In this document: piece by piece, positions 1-15,012 of the stretch
Layout: the number at the start of each line of letters is the position of its first letter
How positions within the stretch are numbered: position 1 is the first letter of the stretch
Assembly: GCF_009914755.1 (NCBI RefSeq)
Contig: NC_060930.1
Direction: 5' to 3' (one strand)
Length of the DNA stretch: 64,000 nt
From: the human T2T-CHM13v2.0 reference genome, Homo sapiens
Made by a program: the position numbers and the translations under genes
The notes under the pieces: generated by a model
What the model saw: only the letters and a program-made list of their open reading frames with translations
Told to the model about the DNA's origin: nothing
Database searches by the model: none

Positions 1-71
1 AATCTCTTTCTTTTGTAAATTGCCCAGTCTCGGGTATATCTTTATCGGCAGTGTGAACACAGACTAATACA
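1..71 (+). mobile_element. 3' end of a THE1/MST (MaLR) LTR
   Basis: TAAATTGCCCAGTCTCGGGTATATCTTTATCGGCAGTGTGAACACAGACTAATACA is the THE1-type LTR terminus; compare the LTR ends at 31451 and 33358. Confidence 0.85.
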
Positions 72-3000
72 GACATGAAATCCAAGAAATCCAAAGGAAG
101 AGTAGGAGTTAAGAAGGCAAAAGGGGAAAGTGTATTTGGGGTTGGAGGGGAAAGCATTTTAGCATAGGGGGTGATCTGTGGTAGGAGTGTTGAAATTGAC
201 GAGTGAGTGACCCAGGCAGTAGTGAGATCAAGAGTCTTGTGGCTTGTTTTCATGGTTTTGAAAAACCATAGAAAGGGTTTCAGCAGAGGAATGATATAAT
301 CAGATTTTAACTTTAAAATATTCTTGCTGAAAGAAGAAGAGATTGGAGGTGTGTGGTGGTGATAGTGGAAGAAGAAAACAGTAAAGAAAATCTTAAAAAT
401 TGAGTGAAATCAACAGGATTTTGGTAGATTGGTGAAAAAAAGGTGTTAAGGATTGTGGTATATAATAAGCACAGAAGTCAGAAATGTTAGAAACATTCAT
501 GAGAAACAATAAAATGAACCACCAAAGATATATTTACTAAATTTGTAGAATTCTGTTTCCATCTATTCATATGTCATAGGATGATGATGTTAAATCTAGC
601 ATAGCTACCTGATTGTGTATTTGGCTCAAAGGCAACCCCACAAAGGTACTTGTGTAGGATTTGGGTAGAAAAGGGTGAGGTCACCTCTAGAAAACAACAC
701 TCTAGGCTCTCTGTCCTCAGCAGAATGGCTGGCCAGAATCAACAGGAGATGCTTCTTTTATGCCTTTCCCGCAAGTGAGCTGGGTGCTGCTTGCAGCTGA
801 ATTAGAGTAATATATTTAATCAGCCCGAGAATTTTAGGGCAGACAGATTTTTCCCCCCTCCTTGATTGTAAGTACTCATTCGCTAAGATTTTATTTGTAG
901 ACCAAGTTGGGAGCTTGTCTCCCTTATCATTTTAGATACGTATTTCAAACAAATGATCTGTTTCACTTGGTTGAATTGGGTACTATAGAGAAATCTATAC
1001 CTGCAATGGCAAGATGTGTTAATTCTTATAGGCTAGTGTAGCACCAATTATCACATGTGAGTAGTTATTGGTCAATTCAGCTCCATTCAATCAACATTGA
1101 TTGAGCATCTAATGTACCAGGCACTGGGTTATGCCCTAGAGATATATAAAGGTCCATAAGAAATAGTCATTGTCTTTGAGGAATTCATAGTATAGTGAGG
1201 AAAGAAATATAAATAGATAATTTTGTTCAAGTCACTTCTGTTTATAGAGGACCTGCTATATCTGCTGCTCTCATTACTATGATGGTACTCAATAAGCCAC
1301 TGAATTATGAGCTTAGTCACACTAGAATGTGCATCTTCCTCTAGGATGCATAAACAAAATACAGATAAGAGAACTGAGTTGATACTATGCAACTTTCTAA
1401 TCAGGCCTGTGATGACAAAAGTTCCAAATAAAGTTATCTTGGCTGCCACTGAAAACATAGCCTTTTATTATTAGGCCTCGCCTCCAGTTTTTCCCCTATC
1501 TTTAACTTTTTTTATTTTTATAATATTTTATAAAAATATATAAAATATACAGTAGGTGTATATTTTATGAAATACATGAGATATTTTGGTACAGGCATGC
1601 AACAATCACATCATGGAAAATGGAGTATTCATCCCCTAAGATATTTATTCTGTGTGTTACAATCTAATTATATTCTTAATTATTTAAAATTGTACGGATT
1701 TCTCTTCACTAGACTGATTTCCTTTCTTTTGGGTATATACCCAGCAGCGAAATTGCTAGATGGTATGATAGTTGTAGTTTTAGTTTTTTGAGGAACCTCC
1801 AAGCTTTTCTCCATAGTGGTTGTACTAATTTACATCCACACCAACAGTATACAAGGCATCCCTTCTCTCCACATTCTTGCTAGCATTTGTTATTGCCTGT
1901 CTTTTGGATATAAGCCATTTTAACTGGGATGAGATGATGTCTCACTGTAGTTTTGATTTGCATTTCTCTAATGATCAATGATGCTGAGTACCTTTTCATA
2001 TGTTTCTTTGCCATTTTTATGTCTTCTTTTGAGAAATTTCCATTCAAATCCTTTGCCCATTGTTAAGTCAGATTATCAGATTTTTTTCCTATAGAGTTGT
2101 CTGAGCTCCTTATATATTCTGGTCTTTAATCCCTTGTTATATGAATAGATTGCAGATATTTCCTCCCATTCTTTTGGTTGTCTCTTCACTTTATTGATTG
2201 TTTCCTTTTTGCTGTTCAGAAACTTTTTAACTTGATGTTATCCCATTTGTCTATTTTTACTTTGGTTGCCTATGCTTGTGGGGTATTACTCAAGAAATCT
2301 TTCCCCAAACCTATGTCCTGGAGAGTTTCCCCTGTGCTTTCTTGTAGTAGTTTCATAGTTTGCTGTCTCAGATTTAATTCTTCAATCCATTTTGATTTGA
2401 TTTTTTATATGGTGAGAGATATGTGTCTCATTTCGTTCTTCTGCATATGGATATCCAGTTTTCCAATCACAATTTATTGAAGAGACTGTCTATTCCCAAT
2501 TGTTTGTTCTTGGCAACTTCATTGAGAATAAGTTCGCTGCAGATGTATGGATTTGCTCCTAGGTTCTCTGTTCTGCTCCATTGGTCTATGTGTCTGTTTT
2601 TATGCCAGCACCATGCTGTTTTGGTTACTATAGCTCTGCAGTATAACTTGAAGTCAGGTAACATGATTCCTCCAGCCTTTTTTTTTCTTTAGTTAGAATA
2701 GCTTTGGCTACTCTGGATCTTTGGTGGTTTCATACAAATTTTGGAATAGTTTTTTTCTATTTCTATGAAAAATGTCATTGGTATTTTGATAGGGGTTATA
2801 TTGAATGTGTAGATTGCTTTGGGTAGTATAGACATTTTAACAATATTGATACTTCCAATCCATAAACATGGAATATCTCTCCCTGTTTTTGGTGTCCTCA
2901 ATTTCTTTCATCAGTGTTTTATAGTTTTCATTATAGAAATCTTTCATTTATTTGGTTAATTCCTAGGTATTTAATTTTATTTATGCTATTGTAAATGGGT

Positions 3001-5096
3001 TTAATTTTTTTATTTCTTTTTCAGATTGTTCACTCTTGGCATACAGAAATGCTACTGATTTTTGTATGATCATTTTGTATCCTACAACTTTACTGAACTG
3101 GTTTATCAGTTGTAATAGTTATTTTTGTGAAATGTTTAGGCTTTTCCAAATGTAAGATCATATTATCTGCAAACAAGGATAATTTGAGTTCTTCCTTTCC
3201 AATTTGGATGCCATATATTTCTTTCTCTTGACCAGTTGCTCTAGCTAAAACTTCCAGTTCTATTGAATAACAGTGGTGAAAGTGAGCATCCTTGTCATGT
3301 TCCAGATTTTAGGGGAAAGGATTTCAGATTTTCCCTGTTCAGTATGATACTCGCTGTGGGTCTGTCACATATATCTTTAATTGTGTTGAAGTATATTCCT
3401 TTTATAACCAGTTTTTTGAGGGTTTTTATCATGAAGGGATGTTGAATTTTATCAAATGCTTTTTCAGCATCAATTGAAATGGTCGTATGAATTTTGTCCT
3501 TCATTCTCTTGATATGATGTATCCTACCAATTTTTTTTGTGTATGTTAAACAGTCCTTGCATCCCAGGGATAAATCCCACTTGATTATGATGAATGATCT
3601 TTTTAATGTATTGTTGAATTCTGTTTGCTAATATTTTGTTGAGGATTTTTGCATCAATATTCATCAGGGGTATTGGCCTGTAGTTTTTTTTTGGGTGTGT
3701 CTTTGTGTGGTTTTGGTATCAGAGTGATACTGGCCTCGTAGAATGAGTTTGGAAGTATTTCCTTTTTCTCTATTTCTTGAAATTGTTTGAGTAGGATTGG
3801 TACTAATTCTTCTTCAAATATTTGGTAGAATTCAGCAGTGAAGCCGTCAGGTCCCAGGCTTTACTTTACTGGAAGGCTTTTTTTTATAGCTTCAATTTTG
3901 TTATTTGTTATTGATATGTTCAGGTTTTGGGTTTCTTCCTGGTTCAGTCTTGGTAGGTTTTATGTGTCTATGAATTTGTACATTTCTTCTAGATTTTCAA
4001 ATTTGTTGGCCTCTAACTGCTCATAGTAGCCACTAATGATCCTTTGAATTTTTGTATCATCAGTTGTAATAGCTCCTTTTTCATCTCTGATTTTATATAT
4101 TTGAATCTTTTGTGTATTTTTTCTTAGTCTGACTAAAGGTTTGCTCTCTTTGTTTAACTTTTAAAACAACCAGCTTTTTATTTCATTGGTGTTTTTATTA
4201 TTTTATTTTATTTTCATTTATTTCTGCTCTTATCTTTATGTTTTTTTCTTCTACTAATTTTGAGTTTGGTTGGCTCTTACTTTTCTTATTCCTTTAGATG
4301 TGTTGTTAGGTTGTGTATTTGAAGGTTTTTTTTTTTTTTCCTTTTTTTTTTTGATGTAGGCACTTCCCTCTGTCCCATAGGCTTTTGGTATGTGTTTTTC
4401 TTGTCATTTGTTTCAAAAAAATTTTAAATTTTCTTCTTAATTTCTTCATTGGCTGACTAGTCATTCAGTAGCATATTGTTTAATTTCCATATATTTGTAT
4501 AGTTTCAAAAATTACTCATTATTGATTTCTAGTTTTATTCCATTGGGTCAGAGAAGATGCATCATATTATTTAAATTTTTTGAGTGGTTTAAGAGTTGTT
4601 TTGTGACCTAACATATGGTCTATCCTTGAGAATAATCCATGTGCTTAGAAAAAGAATGAGTATTCTGCAGCCATTGGATGAAGTTTTCTGCAAATATTTA
4701 TTAGATTCATTTGTTCTATAATGCAGATTGAGTCTGATGTTTCTTTGTTGATTTTCTGTCTAGAAGACCTGCCCAATGCTGAAAGTGGGATGTTGAAATC
4801 TCCAGCTATTATTGTATTGAAGTCTATCTCTCTCTTTAGCTCTAATAATATTTGCTTTATATATCTGGGTCCTCCAGTATTGTGTGCATATATATTTAAA
4901 ATTGTTATATCCTCTTGCTGAATTGACTCCTTTATCATTATATAGTGACCTTCTTTGTCTCTTCTTATGGTTCTTGTCTTGAAATCTATTTTGTCTGATA
5001 TAAGCATAGCTACTCCTGCTTTTTTTTGGTTTCCATTGGTGCGGAATATCTTTTTCCATCCTTTTATTTTCAGTCTATGTGTGTCTTTATAGGTGA

Positions 5097-5492
<396 letters not shown>

Positions 5493-5517
5493 TAAGGACT
5501 TACTCCTGCCATTATGT

Positions 5518-5548
<31 letters not shown>

Positions 5549-5734
5549 TTTTTCTGGTTGTTTTATGGTTTTGTCTTCCTTCTTTCTTTCATTCCTGTCT
5601 TCCTTTCAGTGAAGGTGATTTTCTCCGGAGATACGATTGTTTTTTGTATATGTATCTATTGCATGCTTTTTGTTTTGAGGTTACCATGAGGCTTGTAAAT
5701 ACTATCTTGTAACCCTTTATTTTAAGCTGATAAC

Positions 5735-6616
5735 TGTAGGGAGACCCCCTGAAACTATTGTTATGGGGTAAAAGATGAAATGTTCCTAATTATTGTAAAT
5801 ACAAAGTTGCATGCAGGATTGTGTAAAGACAATGCCAGGTTGGACTGCCAGAATGAGCCAACAGTGAGCGATGTGCCTCCCCCTGCAGAGAGCCTATGAA
5901 CAGACGTGTAGTCAGGGAGGTTTCACATCACCAAGATTCCTATCCCAGAAAAACAGATGTTCATAGCTCTGGGAATGGAATGTGACCCTTGTGGAGAGCT
6001 TATAAATGGACGAATGAGGGGGCACCTGTTCATATGGATAAGATAGGGCTATAAATGCCCTTATCTTGCCACGTCTCTTCTAGGCCTCTTTAGGGTTAAG
6101 GCATACTCCCTTCTGAGAATTTCTGGTCTAACTGGTTGTCTAGCTTCGCGTCCTGTTTCTATGGATTGTTTGTAACTAGCTTTTGCTGCAACTGTTACTG
6201 CTGATTAATATTTTGCTAATCATAGGTTATGGAAAGACTGCGTTTCTGTTTTAAGGCTCTGTTAGAAATTACTGATGCACACACTATATTGTAAATTCTT
6301 ATCTCTGTATACTGTACTTCTACATATAGATGTTATGCGTTATGTTAAAGAATTACTTCAACCCCATGTGACCATCTCACCTCATAATCAAATGACCCTA
6401 AATCCCTCACTAACCTACCCCTTCCCTCACTAAACTTAATAATAAATGCTAGTATATCCAGTGCATTGGCGGCATCGTGGGACTAGAAGGCAGTGACCCC
6501 CCTGGACCCAGCTTTCACTATCTTGTGTGTGTCTATTATTTCTCGACCTGCCGATCCGCCTCGGAAGGAAGAGAAAGCCCTGTTGCATTGCGGGCTGCTG
6601 GCCAGATCCCGCAATA
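5735..6616 (+). mobile_element. ERVK-class solo LTR (possibly LTR13-related), 882 bp
   Basis: Starts TGTAGGG and ends CCCGCAATA. Exact 6-bp TSD GATAAC at 5729-5734 and 6617-6622 (6 bp is typical of betaretrovirus-like ERVs). AATAAA near 6443. L1 sequence resumes on both sides. Confidence 0.85.
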
Positions 6617-9496
6617 GATAACAATTTAAAACTCTTGGCACAAGCAAACAAACAAACAAGCAAAAAGAAAACTAATAAAGATTATACACCTTCACTTTAT
6701 CCCCCTGCTTTTTAACTCTTTGTTTTTACTATTTATATCTTATTGTACTATGTTTTGAAAAGATGTTGTAGTTATTATTTTTGATTGGTTCATTGTTTAG
6801 TCTTTCCACTTAAGAGTAGTTTATACACCGCCATTACAGCATTATTATATTCTGTGTTTTTCTGTATACTTACTATTACCAGTGAGTTTTGTACCTTCAG
6901 GTGATTATTTATTGCTCATTAACATCCTTTTCTTTCTGATTGCAGTACTTCCTTTAGCATTTCTTATAGGACAGGTCTGGTATTGATGAAAATCCCTCAG
7001 CTTTTGATTGTCTGGGATAATCTTTATTTCTCCTTGATGTTTGAATGATAGTTTCACCAGATATACTATTTTAGGGTAAAAGTTTTTTTTTCCTTCAGAG
7101 CTTTAAATAGCCACTTCTTTCCTTGCCTGTAAGGTTTCCACTGAAAAGTCTGCTGCCAAACATATTGGAGATCCATTGTATGTTATTAGTTCCTTTTCTC
7201 TTGCTGCTTTTAGAATCCTTTCTTTATCCTTCACCTTTGGAAGTTTGATTATTAAATGCCTTGAGGTAGTTTTTTGGGGGTTAAGTTGGCTTGGTGTTCT
7301 ATAACCTTCTTGTACTTAGATGTTAATATCTTCCTCAGGTTTGAAAAGTTGTTATTTTGTTATTTTTCCTTTGAATAATCAAATTTTCCTTTGAATAAAC
7401 TTTGAATAAACTTTCTACCCCAATCTGTTTCTCTACCTCCTCTTAAAGTTCAATAACTCTTAGATTTTCCCTTTTGAGGCTATGTTCTAGATCCTTTAAG
7501 TGTGCTCCATTGTTTCTGATCCTTTTTTCTTTTATCTTCTCTGACTGTGTATTTTTAAATAGTCTTTTTTTAAGCTCACTAATTCTTTCTTCTCATTAAT
7601 TAATTCTGCTATTAAAGAGTCTAATGCATTCTTCAGCATGCCAATTGCATTTTTCATCTCTAGAATTTCTATTTGATTCTTTTTAATTATTTCAATCTCT
7701 TTGTTAAATTTATCTAATAGAATTCTGATTTCCTTCTCTGTGTTATCTTGAATTTCTTTGTGTTTCCTCAAAACATCTATTTTGAATTCTCTATCTGAAA
7801 GTTCACATATCTGTTTCTCCAGGATTGGTCCATTGTGCCTTATGTAGTTCATTTGGCGAGGTAGTGTTTTCTTGGAACATCTTGATACTTGTAGTCATTC
7901 ATCTATGTATGGGTATTGAAGAGTTAGGTATTTATTGTAGTCTTCACAGTCTGGGCTTGTTTGTACCCATCCTTCTTCAGAAGGGTTTACTGATATTTGA
8001 AAGGACTTGGGTCTTGTGATCTAAGCTGTATCTGCTTTAGTGGGGACCCCAAGCCTATTAACACTGTGGTTCTTACAGACTCATACAGGTACCACCTTGA
8101 TGACCTGGGTAAGATTCAGAAGAATCTCTGGATTACCAGGCAGAGGTGCTTGTTCTTTTCCCTTCCTTTTTCCCAAATAAATGGAGTCTCTCTCTCTCTC
8201 TCTTCTGAACCACCTGGAACTGTGAGTGGAGTAACACAAGCAGCCCTGTGGCCACCACCCTAGGGGTCAGACCTGAGGCTAGCACAGCATTGAGGTTTAT
8301 TTGGGGCCCCAGAGCATTTAGCCTATGGTGATGAGACTTGTGGGAAATCAAGTTCTCGCTGCTGGGATTGGAAATTCTCTTCTGGTTAGGGCTTGTTTAA
8401 ATGCTCACTCTATGGGCGGGCATCAGTTGAATTTGGTTTGGTTTTTCTTTCTGCTATAATGGGTCAGCATTGAGCTCAGTGCCTCATAATTGCTGTGCTC
8501 TCCCTCTCCCCACACGGAGAATTGCTCTCTGCACCATGACACTCGCTGCCGGATGTTGGGGGAGGGGTGACATTACTGATTCAAGTCTGTTTTTCCTACC
8601 TCTTCAGTGCCTTTCTCAGTGATATGAAGTTAAAACCAAGTACTATGAGTGCTCACCTGATTTTTGGTTCTTACGAAGTTGTTTTTTTGTGTAGATAGTT
8701 GTTAAGTCTGTGTCCTTGTAGTGGGGGACGGTCAGTAAAGCTTTCTATTCCGCCATCTTGCTCCACCCCTCTCCTGAGTCTATCTTTTACATGAAAAGTT
8801 TGGTCTACTCTATTTAAGTCTGGCAGCAGGAAAAATACCTACAACCTCGTACTTTCTCATGGGATAGGAAAGAAAAGACTGTAGACTCCCAGAAGAATAT
8901 CATAAACAAGGATATACGGGAAAGATAGCACTTAAGTTTCTGCCATTCCAATGACAAATGAAGGGAGGATCTTGCTTATGTTCATTGATACTTGCATGCT
9001 TTGATACCCATGTGCTCAAGACATCATTTGGGAATGAGTATTGGGTAAGTATAAGAGATTCCAGCACTCTGAATCTATCATGACACTTGCTGCTGCTCTC
9101 ACACCCAAATACTTCTTCTGTTAGATTTTTCTGTAGCTTTCAGATACTCTTAGAAATGTGTGTTAGCTGAGATGTGCCACAATATAGTCATTTCTCATTA
9201 ACATGGGACGTTTCTTTAAAAAATGGCAGCTGGTCATGTGTCTTGTATGGTTTTAAACTGCTGCTGGTTCACGATGATAAATTCCAAAATAATTTAGTCA
9301 TTAATTATCTAGCTCTTGTTAACCTCACCAGCCTTACCTTCTGCCTTCAAGTTCCTGAAATTTTCTGAACTTTGAATCTCTGAACACATCAGGCCATGTC
9401 ATATCTTTGTGCCTTTACACAGGTTTCTTTGTCTGCCAAAAGTACTTTTCCCCCAATTATTATTTGTCTATTTAAAATATGATCTCCTTTAGAAAG

Positions 9497-9923
9497 TGAT
9501 TATGCTTCTTACCAATAGTTTTGATTCTTTTGCCTTTCCAGGCATATAAAAGACTGTACTTCTCTACTCCCTTAAACTTAGGTATGGCCATGTGACTTGG
9601 CCAATACGGTGTGAGAAGTTCACTGTTCCCTTCTGCTTGGAAACACATAAGAGCCCATGCATGACTCTATATATGTTTTTTTCCCTTGCAGTATCAATTG
9701 AAGAGGCCATGTGTTCAAGATGATGGAGCTACCGAGTGGCAAATCTTCCCTCAGCCGTGGACCAGTGTGTCACCATATAGAGAACAGTTACCCAGGTGGG
9801 TGACCAGACCACACTATAGTAGAATTTGTATAAGTGAGAGATAAATCTCTGCTCTGTTAAGGCCATAAGAGTTTGGACTGGTTTGTTGCCATAGCACAAT
9901 CTACCCCATCTTGACTGATAACA
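9497..9923 (+). mobile_element. MLT1-family (ERVL-MaLR) solo LTR
   Basis: GGTATGGCCATGTGACTTG...ATAAATCTCTGCTCTGTTAAGGCC...TTGACTGATAACA, typical MLT1 motifs; boundaries approximate. Confidence 0.65.
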
Positions 9924-10057
9924 CATGCCTAACTCCTCCAGGAAGATTTACCTGCTAACTCAGTATTCACACAGCATTTTACTAAATAAACATAAGCATA
10001 AACATCTGTTTTGTGAATACCACATTATTATTAAATTTTTTATACATCAGTTTTCAT

Positions 10058-10165
10058 CAGTAGACTGTGACTTCTTCAACAATGAGGGCCATGTTTTATT
10101 GAATTCCATGTCCCCCAAATTAAGCACAGTTTCTGGAATATAAATGCTCCATACATATTCATTGG
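10058..10165 (+). mobile_element. L2 3'-end fragment
   Basis: TAGACTGTGA...AGGGCCATGTTTTATT...AGCACAGTTTCTGG...ATGCTC resembles the L2 terminus. Confidence 0.55.
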
Positions 10166-10628
10166 GACTGAAGTTCTAACCATGGCGCTATTGAGAAATT
10201 CATTTGATATTTATGTGCTTTTAGCTCTCTCTTGTGAAAGTGTAGATGAGAATGACCAGACTGCCCCCTCAAGGTCAAATAAGTTAATAAGAGTGAGAAC
10301 ACTTTGAAAAGTAAAAGGGTAGAAAACAATACATTATCATTATGAGCTAGGACCAAATTGCTTGGGAAGGCAGCAGAACTGGAAGTTGTCTGCAGGACAT
10401 ATTGGGAGAATGCTTTTGCATTTCTCTTATTTACATGCAATTGTCAATAATTTTCTTTCTTTTTTGGGACACACTTTTTATAATAACTGTAGAAGACAGA
10501 GGACAAGAGGGTTGCAATTTTGCAGTCCCGTTGATCCTTTGATGGAATTCTTACTCTTCCTTTCCTGTGCTATCCAATCAGTGGCCTGCAGAAAATGATT
10601 CCCCAACCAGGAGTTGGACCCAGCCTAT

Positions 10629-11088
10629 TGTGGAGATGCTACTGATGCCCAGCCCATCTCTCCCTAGTATTCACGTCTCTATGCACACACACAGCTTCTT
10701 ACTGTGGCACCTCTAACTTTCTGCTTTCTGCTACAGGAGTGTACTCATCCTGTATGAAATTCGGGTCCAAATTTCCTTGGTACTAATATCCCTGGAAGCA
10801 TCCCTCTGCCAATAATAACATAGATGTCGGTGGGTAAGTACCCCAACTTCCTTGACTTTTAGATAGAAGAACTCTAAGCCATGTTTTCCGAAGAGTCTTA
10901 GAGGAGTCAGAGCCCTGGCTGCCCATAGTGGTACCTGCTCATTAACCCATTCATATTGGTTTCTTCCCTATCCTAGTTTTCTTTTCTGACTCCTTTGCCA
11001 GTGATTCCTAGAATCACCCTGCAAATAAACTATTTCCACTCAAATCCTTGTCTCTGGCTCTGCCTATGGAGAACCCAATGTAAAATAA
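10629..11088 (+). mobile_element. LTR16-like ERVL solo LTR
   Basis: TGTGGAGATGCT start; 3' end AATAAACTATTTCCACTCAAATCCTTGTCTCTGGCTCTGCC...GAGAACCCAA, characteristic of the LTR16 group. Confidence 0.65.
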
Positions 11089-11136
11089 TCCACTTTCCCC
11101 ATTGCATTTCTTATATTTTAATATAAAAATATATTA

Positions 11137-11237
11137 ACACATTTTGGGAGGCCAAGACAGGAGGATTTCTTAAGGCCAGGAGTTCAAGACCAGCCTGGCC
11201 AATACAGCAATACTTTTTCTCTATTAAAAAAAATAAA
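11137..11237 (+). mobile_element. FLAM/Alu left-monomer fragment
   Basis: TTTTGGGAGGCCAAGACAGGAGGATTTCTTAAGGCCAGGAGTTCAAGACCAGCCTGGCCAA plus an A tail. Confidence 0.85.
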
Positions 11238-14200
11238 TACATATATATTTGTTAATAACCATACAATAAATATAATAAACATATAATTCAAAACATTAAG
11301 CATAAAACAAATAAAATTAAATAATATAAAATTAAAATTTACTACTGATTGCTGCACAAATGGACATTCCTTGGGTTTATAAAGATTATTTAGTGCAATG
11401 TTTTATCAAAAGTACAAATGCTGTTCCAAGTACTATTCACCATAGGAAAATTTTTTCAAAAGCATTCTTCCCCTGCTTCCAATGAGGCCCTGCAGTCATT
11501 AGGGAAATCCTTGAGAGGGTGTGGGATGGTGGAGGTTCTGGCTCTGATCTGCAAGAGGGTGCCAATTCTTCACACTTAAGCATGAGATTTATCACAAATG
11601 ACACAGGCCTTCATCCTGAGCACTGAAGCCTCAGTCTGACTCTTTGTTAGAGTTTCCTTTCAGTCACTGGGAAAGCAAAGTAGAGGACTAGGCCTTTGTC
11701 TTCTTCCTTCTTCTGACTTTAAAAGGGCTGATTATCAAGAGAGTCTGCCTTTTATCAGCATTCTGACAGCCGTGGCAGAATTGTTCTTCAAACCTTATTA
11801 CCTTTTGATTTCTAGCTTCTTCCCCAATATTGTTTTCTACATTTCAGAGAATAAATTAGATACAATTTTCACTGTGGCTTGAATATACACTGTGGATGTC
11901 TGAGTTAAAGCTTGCCTGCTTATGAGTAAAGGAGGCCCAAGAGAAATAAGACATCACAGAAATAATTTAGCCCCAGAACCATGGCAAGGAGAGGAAAAAA
12001 ATGCCACGGAGAGTATATTAGAAATTCAAAATATTGCACTTATTTTAGCAAGTGGAATAAATTTTTTCACATGAAATCTCTCAGATTGTAATAAAGACTA
12101 ATTATTAATAACAAAGAAGCTTTGAGAGGCACGTTGAGAGGGAAAATATATGCAAATTTGGGCTGAGCATATGTGTGCGTGAGTCCCGGCCATTTCAGCC
12201 ACTTTCGCAATCAGCACTGATGGCAGAGAGTAATTCACATTGATTGCTAAACAGCTGAAGTGATTGAGTCTCCTGCTGTGCAGCAGTCCAGGCATTTGGG
12301 GTGAGAGTGCACTTGCTGTGTACAATGAGCGTTGGCAGCCTTTCAGAAACTCTAGCTAAATTTGAAAATGGGTTTGGGAACAATATCAATTTATGCCAAG
12401 CCAATTCAATAATTGGTGGAAAAACTAGAAGGGAGCCTGTTTTGGAAATAGAACATTTCCAAATTAGAGGGTTCACTTTCTCATATCATCCTCATTCTGG
12501 GGTTCTTCACCATTTGTGAATTGTTTGTCTTAATGGATGATGCTGCACAATTAGTATAGTCATGGTAAATTGTTACCCAGGCATTTCACATTTCATGTGT
12601 CCATTCATTTATTCTGTAACTATTTAGTAAGGACTTACTGTGTTTAAAGGTACTATCTAAAATTTACCTAAATAACATTATTGAGGACATGGACTATCTC
12701 ATACATAAGATTATGATCAGCAGTGGGCTGAATTGAATAAGCCTGGCAGGATCCATGAAGCTGGGTGTATACCACATGTGCTTGTGTGCTCTCTCTCTCC
12801 TTCATATACAAATATACATAAACATACATACACACACACTTTCAGGATCCTGAGTGTTCAAGATCAACTTGAAAGTAGCAAAACTATAACAGTAGAAAAA
12901 TACCTTTATGATTTCTGTAAGTTAAGAGACGTAGAGGGGCTAAGCTGATTCTGCCAGTGACATCAATCTGACTTTCAGCAAATAAATTCACCTATCTCCA
13001 CCTCAATTTCCTAGGAAGGCAAGGGCTTTCTCTGTTAGTTTTACTACTTTATCCTCAGCTCCTAGAATACAGCCCAGCACTGGTAGAGCTCAATAAATAT
13101 CTCTTGAAAGAAGAAATAAAATAGTTTGATCTCAAATGTCTAGGGTCTGGGCTAGGCCATAAACGAATGGCAAAGATGCGCTGATGGCCTTGGCCTCTGG
13201 CATACACTAAAAATAGCTTAGCGACATCCTTGGCCCTTCATCTTAGGCCCTAAAGTTAATCAGAGAGTTAAGCCTCTAGTCACTCCATGATGAGGACTGG
13301 TGAGCCCAAGGAAAAGAAGAGGCGGGAGGAGAATCTACCCTGATACTCAGCACAGAATTGGTCTGCATGTAGGGTACAGCAAAATGATTTTGGTGGTGGC
13401 AAGGATTATACAGATATGAGTCCGAGCTGTTTGTCAGGGTTTCAGAGAAAAAAAAGAAGTACTGAATCAAAAATCCAATAATATCTTTTCTAATTACTTT
13501 GGACAACCTGAAGCGTTAATTTCTCTGTGATTCCATTGCCTCTCGTACGTACCTCTTTTATTGCCAATGGTGTAGTTCATTGTCAGTATGTGCTCGCATA
13601 TTCCTCACAAGGTTATATGTTCATGGGGACTAAGATGTTCAGCACACAGCAGATGCTCAATAAATGTTTGTTTGAAGGATACACTGCCTTTCCTGGGCAT
13701 GAACATTCACAAATGCTAAGTTCCTGCTTCACTTCATGAACATTTGAGAAGTTTAGTTTTATATTTCATAACGTTTCTTGCCTATCAGGAAATATTTTAA
13801 TGCAACTTACTCTACAAAGTGGTGGGAGGGAAGATACTTTCTCATAGCCCTCCTCTGAGGCATGTCTCAATTTCACACCTTCCACAGAAGTAATTAATCA
13901 CTTCTCCTCTACCTTCTAACAATTGATTCTTTAGGTTATCCACAAAATGCACACCATGACCTTTTGAAAACCTTGATGTAAACTTGCCACAAGGACTCTT
14001 TTTCTTTCTTCCTAAAGGGAAATTGGATAGTGTTCTTTCCATTGTGACAATATGTCATTTGCAATAAATAAAATCAGGAGAAGGAAAGAAAACATTGTCT
14101 TCGTTACAGAGACCAATTCTGACATAGTCAGGAAGTAGTTATGATAATGGTTCATCAGAAAGTGTCATTGAACAAAATTTTTATGGGCAAGGAAACAAAT

Positions 14201-14983
14201 TTGTAAAGCATTGTTACAACTGTCCATCTGCCAGTCATCACAGAAATAGCCTTTTTGTACAGTACTTAAATTCATTCTAGAATGAGCTTTATTTAAATAC
14301 ATTTAAATATGCTATTTGGCATTGTAAGTAGGGAATGGATCCCCAAGAACAGCCTGTTTGGTAATTTATTTTGCAGTGCACACTGTTGCTAGGTGATAAT
14401 CAGCTCTAGTGTTACTGGAATATTTGATGCATTAGGTCAAAATTTGATTTTTTATACAGGGATTCTATTTGGTGTGGAAGCTTGGACCTAGGTGAAAAGG
14501 CAGAGGCTCTTTGCTTCCTTGCCAAAGGGATAGATCTCCTAACTCTGCCTGGTTTATTTCAGCTCACTGAGGATTCTCTAAATTAATTTTTTACCTAAGT
14601 TCTCTGAACTAGTTCAGTTGGGAAGCGCTGACTCCCCCAGTTTCACTGTTGGCATCACTAAAGGCAGCTCAGTAGGAATGCTGGCTTTAGTGGGCAATTA
14701 CCTCTGCTGACAGAATACAGAGAGTCTTGAATCCTAGGGCTTTGAACTTGACTAAAATAACAATAAATGAATTTTCTTTCAGGCTGGACATGGCCAGGTG
14801 ACCACTCCTTTACATTGATTAAGTGGAGTATTTTAGACCAAGCATGAATATCTTGTTTTACCTCTTTGTATGAATGGGATTCATCAATTTAGTGTAAACA
14901 GCCAAATGTAGAATTAGTCAGCTTAGCTATTTAGAAATCTGATGAGAGGCAGAAGTGAGTTTTCTTCCTCTTGTTTTTGGTTG

Positions 14984-15012
14984 TTTTTTTTTTTTTTTTT
15001 TTTTTTTTTTTT
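14984..15012. repeat. Poly(T) tract (~29 nt)
   Basis: Uninterrupted T run. Confidence 0.9.

Noticed and set aside
7363-7415. Short tandem duplications (TTTTCCTTTGAATAA twice, CTTTGAATAAA twice)
   Set aside because: Ordinary slippage duplications in decayed L1.
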